Assembly: GCA_964016885.1 (NCBI GenBank)
Contig: OZ024741.1
Location: forward strand, 179,366,001 to 179,430,000
DNA: 64,000 bases
Reading direction: 5' to 3'
Source: Eledone cirrhosa
Taxonomy: Eukaryota
The notes beneath the pieces were generated by a model, which saw only the letters and a list, made by a program, of their open reading frames with translations, searched no databases and was not told where the DNA came from. The position numbers and the translations under genes are program-made. Below are positions 27,601 through 42,061 of this stretch, piece by piece; positions within the stretch are counted from its first letter, which is position 1, and every line of letters begins with the position of its first letter.

Positions 27601-27999
27601 AACTATAGTAGGTAAAGTCAATTTTTTAAAATTTATTTTGAAACTTTTTCATTATTTACTAAACCTTGTTTATATTTGTTCTGGCTCGTTAATTTATTAA
27701 CCCGCCATTGAACCACACTGGCACTTGGTTGGACAATACATGCGTACCTTGACGCCTTGTGCGTGAAAGGACGTATTTCATATTACTACTACCTCCACAT
27801 ACGTTGAGAACAAACCGGGTCATTCCGACTGCTGCTGATAACAGCGGTGGCTAGTTCGACCTACCTCCTTTTGCCTCTATCTTTACTACGGTCCTTGATA
27901 AACCTGTTCTACATCATCCACTCTCATCCCAGGAACAGTCTTTGATAGCGCTAGTTTGTGATTTAAATTCAGGAATTTTATATTCTTTGAATGAAAAGA

Positions 28000-28083
28000 A
28001 CCTTCTGACGAGAATCTCTCTTTGCAACGAAGGCCGTATGGCCTACGTTTTATTTTTGGGATTCGAAACCGATCGGTAAAGGT
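28000..28083 (+). ncRNA. Type I hammerhead ribozyme, unit 3
   Basis: Same sequence as the unit 1 motif, +966. Confidence 0.88.
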
Positions 28084-28482
28084 AACTATAGTAGGTAAAG
28101 TCAATTTTTTAAAATTTATTTTGAAACTTTTTCATTATTTACTAAACCTTGTTTATATTTGTTCTGGCTCGTTAATTTATTAACCCGCCATTGAACCACA
28201 CTGGCACTTGGTTGGACAATACATGCGTACCTTGACGCCTTGTGCGTGAAAGGACGTATTTCATATTACTACTACCTCCACATACGTTGAGAACAAACCG
28301 GGTCATTCCGACTGCTGCTGATAACAGCGGTGGCTAGTTCGACCTACCTCCTTTTGCCTCTATCTTTACTACGGCCCTTGATAAACCTGTTCTACATCAT
28401 CCACTCTCATCCCAGGAACAGTCTTTGATAGCGCTAGTTTGTGATTTAAATTCAGGAATTTTATATTCTTTGAATGAAAAGA

Positions 28483-28566
28483 ACCTTCTGACGAGAATCT
28501 CTCTTTGCAACGAAGGCCGTATGGCCTACGTTTTATTTTTGGGATTCGAAACCGATCGGTAAAGGT
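28483..28566 (+). ncRNA. Type I hammerhead ribozyme, unit 4
   Basis: Same sequence as the unit 1 motif, +1449. Confidence 0.88.
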
Positions 28567-28749
28567 AACTATAGTAGGTAAAGTCAATTTTTTAAAATTT
28601 ATTTTGAAACTTTTTCATTATTTACTAAACCTTGTTTATATTTGTTCTGGCTCGTTAATTTATTAACCCGCCATTGAACCACACTGGCACTTGGTTGGAC
28701 AATACATGCGTACCTTGACGCCTTGTGCGTGAAAGGACGTATTTCATAT

Positions 28750-28782
<33 letters not shown>

Positions 28783-28784
<2 letters not shown>

Positions 28785-29535
28785 TCTCCTCTTCCGACCA
28801 TCTCTTCATGGAATACTCACATGTGGAACTTGACCACCGTGGAATCTACTACCATCATAGGAGTTTACCAACATTTCAACCACATCCTCTTACGGAATCA
28901 CCTATATAACTCACCCACACACACACCCACAACACGCTTAAACCCCACACGCACGTGCTTTCCACCACATATTTACACCTTCAGCCTCCGGATTCCTCTC
29001 CCCCCACCCCTCTATCCACACACGCACACACACTCCGACCTACACCCCACCCACACACACCTCTTCCTGAAAATGCAACCCCGTTCTTCCCCCAACCCTT
29101 GCTTTCACATACACACATACACACGTACACCTACACACACACACCACCTTCAGCCCTCCTCGCTCGGACACCCCGTCTCCCTCTCCCCACCCGCCACCAC
29201 CCCTACACACCCTTCCACCACCTGTTTTACCCCTTTTTAATTTCAGTTTATTTTGATCATGCTTTTATATTTATTTTTATTTCATTTCATTTAATTTTGA
29301 TCATGCTTTATTTTTATTTTCATTCGCACCAATTCCTCCCACCCCCTTTTCGCTATATGTCTCTCCACCACTCCCCTACACACCCTTTGAACTCTCTTCC
29401 CACACACTTCTCACCTGAGGAAGGGCTTATGCCTGAAACGTCGTTCCCCACCACCACCCCACTCTCCAGAGCATGAAATTAATAAACATTCGTTGTACTG
29501 CCTCTCTGTTTTGTTCCTGTTCAAATTTTCCATTA
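28783..29535 (+). mobile_element. Probable PLE 3'/pLTR remnant with a minimal hammerhead (29412-29445)
   Basis: ac-CTGAGGA-AGGGC(ttat)GCCT-GAAACGTC-gt followed by AATAAA; C/A-skewed UTR-like sequence; TA tracts on both sides. Confidence 0.6.
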
Positions 29536-29539
29536 TATA

Positions 29540-29575
<36 letters not shown>

Positions 29576-29914
29576 CATATATACATATACATATATATAC
29601 ATATATATACATATACATATATACATATATATACATATACATATATATACATATATATACATATACATATATACATATATACATATACATATATATACAT
29701 ATATATACATATACATATATACATATATATACATATACATATATATACATATATATACATATACATATATACATATATATACATATATACATATATATAC
29801 ATATACATATATATATATACATATATACATATATATACATATATATATACATATATACATATACATATATACACATATATATACATATATATATATACAT
29901 ATATATATATACAC

Positions 29915-29948
<34 letters not shown>

Positions 29949-30150
29949 ATATACACATATATATATATATATACACATATATATACATATATATATATAT
30001 ACATATACATATATATATATATACATATATATACATATATATATACATATATATACATATATATACATATATATACATATATATACATATATATACATAT
30101 ATATACATATATATACATATATATACATATATACATATATATATATATAA

Positions 30151-30199
<49 letters not shown>

Positions 30200-30281
30200 C
30201 ATATATATATATACATATATATATATACATATATACATATATATATATATACATATATATATACATATATATACATATACA

Positions 30282-30313
<32 letters not shown>

Positions 30314-30380
30314 CATATATATACACATATATATACATATATATACATATATATATACATATATATATACATATATATAC

Positions 30381-30437
<57 letters not shown>
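29534..30437. repeat. (TA)n/(TACA) microsatellite, ~0.9 kb
   Basis: Direct inspection. Confidence 0.97.
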
Positions 30438-30438
<1 letters not shown>

Positions 30439-30917
30439 CATCATCATCATCGTTTAACGTCCATATTCCACGCTTGCATGGCTTTGGACGGGGGTTTTCC
30501 AACTTGAGGCAAGAGTGATTGTCTTGCTCGCATAGGACTGTCTGGCGGGTTTTCTACAGCTGGATGCCCTTCCTAACACCAACCACATTTGGAGTGTGGG
30601 ACTGGGAGATTTTACTGTGTTGCCTACACGGCCACATTACAGCGTGGACTTTGTGTTTTTTGTCATGACACCTACACGACCTCATTTGTTTCGGGCTGGA
30701 TGTTGTGACACCAACATAACTTTACATTGAAGGGGTGGTGTGGATGGGGTGGGGGTAGTGGGACGGGGTGTATTTTGTTAGAGGTGCCTACTGGCTGTAG
30801 TAGGTTTCACTTTGTACTTAGGTAAGGCGGGTCTTCTCTATTACTGTGAAGCGCCAAAGCTCTCGGTCCAGTGACATTGTCTTGGAGAGGTGTAAGTGTG
30901 TGAGGTCAGAATTTATC

Positions 30918-30918
<1 letters not shown>
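30438..30918 (-). mobile_element. RTE LINE 3' fragment (same family as 31597-32430, opposite strand)
   Basis: Reverse-complement match to 31935-32430; [22 protein letters not shown]. Confidence 0.88.
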
Positions 30919-31016
<98 letters not shown>

Positions 31017-31155
31017 CATATATATATGTACATATATACATATATATATGTACATATATATATATATACATATATATATACACATATATATATACATATA
31101 CATATATATATACACATATATATATACATATATACATATACATATATACATATAC

Positions 31156-31188
<33 letters not shown>

Positions 31189-31209
31189 CATATATATATA
31201 CACATATAC

Positions 31210-31304
<95 letters not shown>

Positions 31305-31335
31305 CATATATATATATACATATATATATATACAC

Positions 31336-31366
<31 letters not shown>

Positions 31367-31596
31367 CATATATATATATACACATACATATATATATATA
31401 CATATATATATATACATATATATATATACATATATATATATACATATATATATATACATATATATATATACATATATATATATACATATACATATATACA
31501 TATATATATATACATATACATATATACATATACATATATACATATATATATATATACATATATATATATATGTGAGGCATATACATATATATATAA
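30919..31596. repeat. (TA)n/(TACA) microsatellite, ~0.7 kb
   Basis: Direct inspection. Confidence 0.97.
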
Positions 31597-32430
31597 ATGA
31601 AAGGCAGGTTGTACGATGCCTGCATACGAACAGCAATGCTGCATGGCAGTGAGACCTGGGCATTGTGTGCAGAGGATATACGCAGACTAGAGAGGAACGA
31701 AGCTTGCATGCTCCGCTGGATGTGTAACAGTAATATACGTGAACGGCAAAGCATAAACGAACTAAGGAAAAAATTAGAGATAAGAGGGATCAGATGTTGT
31801 TTACTCGAGAGAAGGCTACGTTGGTATGGACACGTGATGCGCATGAAAGTCGATAGCTGTATAACAAAGTGCAGGGCAATAAAGATAGACGGTAGTCACG
31901 GAATAGGCAGACCTAGAAAAACCTGGGACGAGCTGATAAACTCCGACATCACACACTTACACCTCTCCAAGACAATGTCACTGGACCGAGACCTTTGGCG
32001 GTACTCAGTAACAGAGAAGACCCGCCTAAACCTAAATATATAGTAAAACCTACTCCAGCCAGTAGGCATCTCTAACAAAATACACCCCGTCCCACCACCA
32101 CCCCCCACCCCATCCACACCACCCCGTTCTATGTAAAGTTATGTTGATGCCGCGCCATCGAGGCCGAAACAAATGAGATCGTGTAGGTGTCACGACAAAA
32201 AAAACACACAGTCCACGCTGTAATGTGGCCGTGTAGGCAACACGGTAAAAACCTCCCAGACCCACACTGTAAATGTGGTTGGTGTTAGGAAGGGCATCCA
32301 ACTGTAGAAAACCTGCCAGACAGTCCTATGCGAGCAAGACAATCACTCTTGCCTCAAGTGGGACTACCCCCGTCCAAACCCATGCAAGCGTGGAACACGG
32401 ACGTTAAACGTTGATGATGATGATGATGAT
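31597..32430 (+). mobile_element. RTE LINE 3' fragment
   Basis: [21 protein letters not shown]...[12 protein letters not shown]...GRPRKTW; 3' UTR and (GAT)n tail. Confidence 0.9.
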
Positions 32431-34051
32431 ATATACATATATATATATACATATATATATATACATATATATATATACATATATATATATACATATATAC
32501 ATATATATATATACATATATACATATATATATATATATACATATATACATATATACATATATATATATACAAATATACATATACATATATACATATATAT
32601 ATATATATACATATGTATATATATATACATATGTATATACATATATATATACATATGTATATACATATATATACATATGTATATACATATATACATACAT
32701 ATGTATATACATATATACATATATATATACATATATATATACATATATATATATATATACATATGTATATACATATATACATATATATATATACATATAT
32801 ATATATACATATGTATATACATATATACATATATATATATACATATATATATATACATATATATATACATATATATATATACATATATATATACATATAT
32901 ATATATATATACATATATATATACATATATATATATATACATATATATATACATATATATATACATATATACATACATATATACATATATATATACATAT
33001 ATACATACATATATACATATATATATACATATATACATATATATATACATATATATATACATATATATATACATATATATACATATATATATATACATAT
33101 ACATATATATACATATATATATATACATATATATATATATACATATATATATACATATATATATACATATATATATATACATATATATATACATATATAT
33201 ATACATATATATACATATATATATATACATATATATATATACATATATATATATACATATATATATATACATATATATATATACATATATATATATACAT
33301 ATATATATATACATATATATATATACATATATATATACATATATATATATACATATATATATATACATATATATATATACATATATATATATACATATAT
33401 ATATATACATATATATATACATATATATATATATATACATATATATATACATATATATATATATACATATATACATACATATATACATACATATATACAT
33501 ATATATATACATATATACATACATATATACATATATATATACATATATACATATATATATACATATATATATACATATATACATACATATATACATATAT
33601 ATATACATATATACATATATATACATATATATACATATATATATACATATATATATATACATATATATATACATATATATATATATACATATATATATAT
33701 ACATATATATATATATACATATATATATACATATATATATACATATATATATACATATATATATACATATATATATACATATATATATACATATATATAC
33801 ATATATATATACATATATATATACATATATACATATATATATATACATATATATATACATATATATGTATATATATATATATATATACATATATATATAC
33901 ATATATATGTATATATATATATATATATACATATATATATACATATATATGTATATATATATACATATATACATATATACTTATACAATATATATATATA
34001 TACACATATATATTTATACATATATATATATATACATATATACATTTATAC

Positions 34052-34082
<31 letters not shown>

Positions 34083-34115
34083 CATATATACATTTATACA
34101 TATATATATATATAC

Positions 34116-34158
<43 letters not shown>

Positions 34159-34260
34159 TACATATATATATATATATACACATATATACATATACATATA
34201 TATACAGATATATATATATATATACATACATATATATATACATATATACATATATATACA

Positions 34261-34310
<50 letters not shown>

Positions 34311-34337
34311 CATATATACATATATATATACATATAT
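32431..34337. repeat. (TA)n/(TACA) microsatellite, ~1.9 kb
   Basis: Direct inspection. Confidence 0.97.
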
Positions 34338-34945
34338 GTCAGGTCACCAGTTGGTGCTACTGGTAACATGTATCCCAGTACAACCTGTTTCATGGTCGGG
34401 TCGTTGGCGACTAAACTGGCAACCCCACCAAGGTTTCTTGGTGAGGAGGGTGACTTTGGACATCCTGCAGGACTAAAAACAAAACCTGTCAAAGGGCAAA
34501 GGAGCTCTTAAGAGTCAATGGCCATCCAAAATCACCGGGAGAGATGACCCATTAGCCTTTGTCAAGGCAGAATTCTAGGAGAAGGAAAACTCTGATATAA
34601 CACCTGCAACCCTGATGGTATCCAATGATGTTGACTTGTTTTACTTTTTGGTAAATATCATCTTGGTTAAGAGAGTGGGACTGGCTCTGTGCAATGCCTT
34701 TGCTCACTATAAAAGCTTCATGGCACAGGCATTGCTTTATATCTGGAGATCTCTCTGCACTTGTCGTCACATGGTACCATGGGCTCAGCACTATGTGTCA
34801 ATAATTGTCACAAGTGTAGTGTTTGTACCAGAGTTTTCAAGTCGCTGGCTGGACTAAAAAGCCACACTCGTTCAGCGCATCGGTAGGGGTTCTCCTACAT
34901 GGATATAAAGTAGTGGCCGTACTCAAAAACGAGTTGGCAGCCACC

Positions 34946-35061
34946 ATATACATATATACATATATATACATATATATATATATATACATATATATACATA
35001 TATATATACATATATACATATATATATATATACATATATACATATATATATACATATATAC

Positions 35062-35098
<37 letters not shown>

Positions 35099-35107
35099 CA
35101 TATATAC

Positions 35108-35204
<97 letters not shown>

Positions 35205-35294
35205 TACATATATATATATATATACATATATACATATATATACATATATACATATACATATATATACATATATACATATATATATATATACATA

Positions 35295-35390
<96 letters not shown>

Positions 35391-35536
35391 CATATATACA
35401 TATATATATATATATACATATATACATATATATACATATATACATATATATACATATATATACATATATATATATACATATATACATATATATACATATA
35501 TATATACATATATACATATATATACACATATATATA
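34946..35536. repeat. (TA)n/(TACA) microsatellite, ~0.6 kb
   Basis: Direct inspection. Confidence 0.97.
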
Positions 35537-35728
35537 GGAAAAAGTATGACCCTGACGGCAGAGCTCAAGCCGTTTCGACAGCTATTTCTGTCCAGAAATA
35601 GCCGTCGAAACGGCTTGAACTTTGCCGTCGGGGTCATACATTTTTCCTATTACCCACTCTACTACCCTAAGTATTGAGTACTCTGGTGCGTTATGGTCCA
35701 TCTGGTTCCTTACCAAAATTCCTTTGTT

Positions 35729-35730
<2 letters not shown>
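35537..35730 (+). mobile_element. Palindromic half-hammerhead element (family A) in (TA)n
   Basis: Same family as 24223 with a shorter loop; GAA-ACGGC-ttgaacttt-GCCGT-C-ggggtcatac; tail contains gtattgagtac. Confidence 0.72.
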
Positions 35731-35805
<75 letters not shown>

Positions 35806-35806
<1 letters not shown>

Positions 35807-36110
35807 CATCATTTTATGTCCGCTTTTCCCTGCTTGCAAGGGTGGGACGGGAACTGGTTCTGGCTTGATTTCTCCAGCTGGATTCCCTTCCTAACACCAA
35901 CCTCATTTACAGTGTGGGCTGGGTGCTTTTTTGTCGTGGCACCTCCACGACCACTTTGCAGTGGAATGATAGTGAACCCAGTCCTATCATCTCATTTCTG
36001 CAGCTGAGTAAAGTGGAGCAATTTGAAATAGTGTCTTGCTCAAGGAAACAACACATCGCCCGGTCTGAGAATTGAACTCACAACCTTTCGATTGCAAGGC
36101 CACTAAGCCA
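35806..36110 (-). mobile_element. Same tRNA/CORE-like/RTE-tail SINE
   Basis: Reverse-complement match to 12046-12417. Confidence 0.82.
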
Positions 36111-39100
36111 TATATATATATATATATATGAAACTATGCTTTTATTCTAACAGGGATCTTCAGAAACTTAGAGGGTGCTTCAGATTGGTCACAGTCTAGC
36201 AATCAAAAGAATATAAGACTAAAGGACTAGCTAGTGAGTCAAGCTATCATGCACCAATTGCTGCATACTTAGTCTTGTTTGCTATACTGATAGTAAAGTT
36301 ATGCTAGCAGTGAGCATAAGATAATCAATAGTAATGTGTGATAATAGAGTGAGATCAAATATCACTTCTGGATAAAGCCAACCAGCCAAAATAGAAACCA
36401 ACTTACAGAGGAAAACAACAGGTTGAATACCATGACAATAATATGGACAATATTTATTGGCAAAATAATTATAAAGTGCTGCATAATAATTATAATTTTG
36501 TTTCTTCATAACTTTCTTAACCCTTTCACTATCATAACCCTGCTTAAACCTTTTGTTACCTTATTTGTAATGGAAGACACTGCTTAACCCTTTTATAACC
36601 ACGGTGTTAGGAAGGGCATCCAGCTGTAGAAAACCCGCCAGACAGTCCTATGCGAGCAAGACAATCACTCTTGCCTCAAGTGGGAAAACCCCCGTCCAAA
36701 CCCATGCAAGCGTGGAACACGGACGTTAAACGATGATGATGATGATGATGATTTCAAACAAAAAACACTGCTTAAGAAAGACATAACTACAATTAAATGC
36801 CCCTACTCAATTTTGTTTCTTCATAAATTTTCCTGTTTCTAAGGATTGACACTGTTTATAAATTCTGACTCATTTCGAAAATAATCAAGTATTAGGAGGG
36901 GCTTAGTAATATAACTTTCTCATTATTACTCTGGTATCTGGAGCATAACTTAACAGAGGTGCTGACATTAAAATTATGATTGAAGATTTAAGATAAACAA
37001 GTTTATATCAGAATCAGTTATGAATATTTTCTTTATGAGATTTTGCAGAGATTAGGTTTTTATGACAGTATTTCTAATGTCTATGTATTACAACTAATTT
37101 TTAAAATAACCAAAACGGAGGAATTTAATAAAATAGTTTTGCATTAGTAACTGCTATTTAGAACATTACTAAAAAATGTTTGCAATAAAATTATGATGGA
37201 GGTTTAAAATGAGCAGTTTTGTATCATAAATATAGGGCAGTTTGATATCAAAAGATTTAAACATATCAAAAGGTTTAAACTAAATTTATCACCTACGATA
37301 ACAGTCAAAGAAATTTTTATAGTTGATTTCAAAAGAATTTGATTATTAATAACCAAAGACTGCATAAATACAGTAATTAACTGGAAGCCTAACGAAAGAG
37401 GATCTAGATAGAATCAACAGGCATTCATCATCATCATCGTTTAACATCCATTTTCCACACTAGCATGGGTTAGACGGGTTGTCCCAGAACTGATTTTGGC
37501 TAGGTTTCTATGGCTGGAAGCCCTTCCTAATGCCAACCACCTTTACAGCATGGGCTGGGTGCATTTTGTTGTGACACCTACACAACCACATTTACAGTGT
37601 GGGCTGGGCACTTTTTGTTGTGACACCTACACAACCACTTTACAGTGTGGGTTGGGTGCTTTTTGCCATGACTCCTACATGACCACTTTATAGTGTGGGC
37701 TGGGCACTTTTTGTTGTGACACTTACACAACATCATTTACAGTTTGGGCTGGTGTTTTTGTCATGACACCTACACGACCATTTTACAGTGGGCTAAAATA
37801 TGATGGTAGAAATGAATTAAAAGAAATTAAGTCTTCATCGACATTATAAGAATCAAAATAGTAATGATAATCACCATTTTTCCCACTTTGGCAAAAGGCC
37901 ACAAATCTGCAGGAACGGAGTATAATAAATTATATTTTGATAATTGATTTTGTCTTTTTTTTTTGTATAATGCACATACATATTAACTAGTGTGCTGAGT
38001 TTTATCAATGCCGGTAAAATTATCAGCTCAAAATGTAACTAAAGGACACAAATGAAATTAAATTCAACTAGGCATTTAGTCTGACACTGTATTTGTTTTG
38101 CCACTAATGTGTTTTATTTGGTTAATGTTGGATTGAATAATATGTGAGATAGAGATAGATAGACAGAGTTGTCCCACTTTTTCTCTCATGTCTGATGAAA
38201 AGCATTCTAGCACTATGAGTTTCATATCTTTTTTTTTTTCTTTTTTTTTCAATTTCAGGCAGTGGGCTGCATTGTCCAGTGTATTATTCATTTTTCAAGA
38301 TGGTAAGGTGTAAATTTGGGAAAGATTGGGCTGCTATTTCTAGCAGGTCAAACATAGAGGTTCATTTGTTAGCGTGTGCTCTTAAATATCTCAGCGTTCT
38401 ACTTAAAGCATAACTAGTTTAGGGTGTCCCTCTATGCTGGTCTTGTTTCCTCATAAATTTCTTGGACAGCATTAATGATGTCTATCACTTATTTTTAATC
38501 ATTTTCACGTGTCAATAATAAACAGAAACTATATGGCTTCTCTTATGCTGACCATTGATTTATCAAAATTCAAATTTGCCAGTTTGTATCATTGTTCATA
38601 CAGTAATCATTGTATATATGGCATACCAGTCCTGGACTTCAAAAATCAAATATGTTCAATGCTATAGAGTCAGTATTGACAGCACAGGTCCACTAGTAAA
38701 AATACAACACTGTGTGACGTCTTATAAACAACATGTTAAAACGTTTTTCAACAAACCACACCACTATAAACTAAATGTCTCTCTTATTCTGCACTGTTTC
38801 CTTCAGACTACCAAAAATAACACAAACAACAAGCTAGCAGTAACAACAAGTAGTTAAAGTAAAATGGTAATGATAATACTTTAGCTGGGAAAATATAAAA
38901 TATCAACAAAGAATCATGTATACATTCACAAGAATAAGATTATATTACAGCCTTCATGTTTACTGATTCATGACAGGGAAAACAATATGGATATTATAGA
39001 CAATGGATCTCAAAATAAGAAAATGAAAATAATTTGGATGATTCACTGGATTCTTTTTGAAGTAAATTTTTACTAATAAACCCATCTCCCTCCAGTTAAC

Positions 39101-39524
39101 TAAAAGACAAATAATTTTCAATCAATTTTATGGTCAGATTTGTTTGACACATCAAAAACCATAGATAGGAGAAACTTACATTTCACCTCCAAAGTAAGAC
39201 AGGTGTAATAGTAAAAATTGACCCTTTTTTGCATGCTCTGTTCATTATATTGCAAACACAAAGTCCAATAAGGAAACACTAACTCAAGCAAACTGGAATT
39301 ATAACCTTAACATGTATATATGCAATGAATTTGGTGAATGAGAAGAGATTTTTGCTTTCATATTTCAAGACCTATTTTCAAGGACAAATATTTATGTATG
39401 TGTAAGCAATGAAAAACATATCTCCAGAGATTGACTGACAAGTTGAACTGTCTGTGTTTCATTCGTTTTTTCTGTTTTCGCCCATATTTTTTTTTTAATG
39501 TGTGTGTGTGCGTGTGATGCATGT

Positions 39525-39842
39525 GTGCAAAGTACGATGCTGCATGGTAACGAAACATGGGCAGTGACTGCAGAGGACATGCATAGTGTGGAGAGAAATG
39601 AAGTTGATGGATGTGCAATATAAATGTGAGAGAAACTGTGTTTAAGATGAATCTCTAAGTGGTGTGCATGAGAGAAGACTGCATTGATACAGACATGTGA
39701 TGCGCATGGGTGGTGATCGTTGGATGAAGAAGAGCCAGGAAACCCCAATGGTCGGAAGCTGCAGAAGAGGTAGACCAAAGAAAACTTGGGTGGAGGTGAG
39801 GAAAGCTGATCTCAAAAACGTACATGAAAAACGATGATGATA
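39525..39842 (+). mobile_element. RTE LINE 3' fragment, heavily decayed
   Basis: gatgctgcatggtaacgaaacatgggcagtgactgcagagga homologous to 9142ff; (GAT)n end. Confidence 0.7.
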
Positions 39843-40739
39843 TATATATATTCAATAACAGTTTCGTTATTTCCATGGGCTATGGCTTTTCTGATACAAA
39901 CTTCCTGGCATATGGCATCACACCATTAGATTATATAGTTTTTATGGCTTATATTTTGTCTCGGTGGCTCATTTATAAGAGTTTATTTATAGTTCAAGAG
40001 ATGTAAAGAAAAGGTGGGGCACAACCTATTATATAATGAGGTTGCTGCAGATAAGAGTTTTATTACACAGAAACTACATAATATGATGACTGTAGTTTGT
40101 GGTGGCTGGTGCAGGTCTTTAATTGGTTTACGGAATATAAGAAAGAATACGATAGTGAATAGTAGCAAAAGTGGGGTTCCTCTGAAGGATCTTTAGAATA
40201 ACGTTACTTGATAGAGTGCGTAGCTCGAAGATCACAGAGTCACCCAAGGTATAGCCACTACTTCTTCGAATTAAGAGATCACAGCTCCGATACTATAGGC
40301 ATGTGTTTAGAAGGTCTCAGGAAAGAATCGCTGGACAGATTTTACAGGCAAAACCAACCAGCAGGAGACCCTGGGATAGACTCCAAACAAGATGGTTGGA
40401 CAACATTCAGGAGCTTGACTGGTCTTGCTTGTGGATACAGCCAGACCAGTTGGAGACGGTTGCTTCTGACAGGACCCGCCGGAAGGAGTGTCTGAGGACT
40501 CTGCCCCCACGACACTCAAAGGAATAAGTGGACAAAGAAGAAAAAAGAAGTGGTTTAACAGGAGTTTTGAATGTGAATAAGTGGTTGGTTTAACAGTATT
40601 TCTGTGTGTTTTGTTTACGGGTTAGGGCTATTAACGGTTATATATATATAAAGGATAGGGTAATGACCCCCTTCAGTCATGAATGATCGTGAGATTTGCA
40701 CCTAGAAAGTTCCCCTCTGAGGCACATGTCTGGGCAAGA

Positions 40740-42061
40740 TTGCACCTACCTCACCAACATCTTCGACAAATGCAATAGCGTCATTTTGGCTTTGCAGGGG
40801 AAGAAGATCACCTTGCTTAAAGCAAGGAATGCTGTGAAAACATTCCTGGCCAAATTGAATGTCATCGAAAGGAATCTTTGTTGACGGGAATTCTATAATT
40901 TTCCTAGTGTCGCCAATGTTCAAAACATTGTAAGCGATGACCAACTCCAAATTTATACCACTCACCTCCGTGCACTACAAGACAACATGAGAGAATGGTT
41001 TGTCGACCTTTTGCCGATGGCCATGCCAATGTGGATAGCAGATCCCTTCATAGCTAACGTCGATGATTTGGACGTTAAATTTCAAGAAGAATTCATTGAA
41101 CTCAAGCAGATGACATGATCAAAATTAGATTTCCCAAAATAGGTGAACCGCTTTTTGGGATGCAAGAGGAAATTCAGCGTTGATTTCCACACCTACATGC
41201 AGAGGCTAAGAGATTTGCTCTGCGTTTTCCAAGCTCATATTTAGTCGAGAGGAGGTTTGGTGCTGTTTCCAGACTGCACAGTAAGTCTCACAACCGCTAC
41301 AATGTAATTACACGTGGAGATCTCTGGCTACATCTTAGGAAAATTCAGCCTCACGTCAAAGAGTTAGCTAGACTCCATGAAGCTCAAGGGTCCCATTGAA
41401 ATGAGGTCAAAGTTAAAGTAAGTTAATTTATCCGAAAACTTAGATATGCTATTGTTACAAAGCAAACTGACAATTTTTTTATTTGTAGTTGCAGTCTGAC
41501 TGGACTGGAAACCATCTACTACAATTCAATTACTCATTTGTTGTATATATTTTACCATTTACTAATAAATATACCCTCCCGCGTGGTCATGAAAACTCTC
41601 TTCCATGGTCTCTAAGCTCACAAAGCAGAGGGGACATCAAGTTAGATATAAACATTTATTCTGTCCATTTCATTAAAGGGAAAATTGAAAGCCTTGAAAT
41701 GATATAATTGCCACTTTCTTCCAGATACTACTCTTGGGGTAGACAGAATTGCTGTTGTATAAATGTTCAAAATAGCTAGTATCGCCTGCTGGGAATATAA
41801 CAAATTCAACTGGTCCTTATTCATAAAAAAGAACATTTATTTTCTTTTTTTTTGAAATTTATATATTTCCCTTCAAGGAATGTATTTATACTCTCAGCTG
41901 CCTGCAATGGTATCTTTGGAATATTGTTAATCAATTTTTTAGTAATCTACTGATATCAAAATCAGTAGTATATTGAAAAATGGAAAAATAGGGTAGCAGG
42001 GCGTTTCGTGATTTCGAGGGACAAAAGAGGGCGTTTGGCCTAAATAGGTTGAGAACCTGTG
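40740..42061 (+). mobile_element. hAT (Buster/Charlie-like) transposon 3' remnant
   Basis: YLTNIFDKCNSVILALQG...; 41220-41399 reads FPSSYLVERRF...RGDL.LHL..IQP.VKELARLHEAQGSH*; terminus ggttgagaacc followed by ctctagac. Confidence 0.8.

Larger units (their letters stand above)
26816..28754 (+). mobile_element. Retrozyme-like tandem array: 4.0 near-identical 483-bp units, each with a type I hammerhead
   Basis: Units start at 26816, 27299, 27782 and 28265 (ATTACTACTACCTCC...); I saw only 2 substitutions among units; one HHR per unit; ends in (TA)n. Confidence 0.9.

Noticed and set aside
26920-28587. Repeated 72-aa minus-strand ORF MTLPTIVTF... in each array unit
   Set aside because: Starts at TTG, has no recognisable motif and is antisense to the hammerhead; identity just reflects the DNA repeat.
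26816-28754. CRISPR-like array
   Set aside because: Whole units are identical with no unique spacers, there are no cas genes and the context is eukaryotic.
29411-35677. Long ORFs (up to 651 aa) rich in Y/I/H/T/C/M/V
   Set aside because: They are translations of (TA)n/(TACA)n microsatellites, which lack stop codons in all frames.
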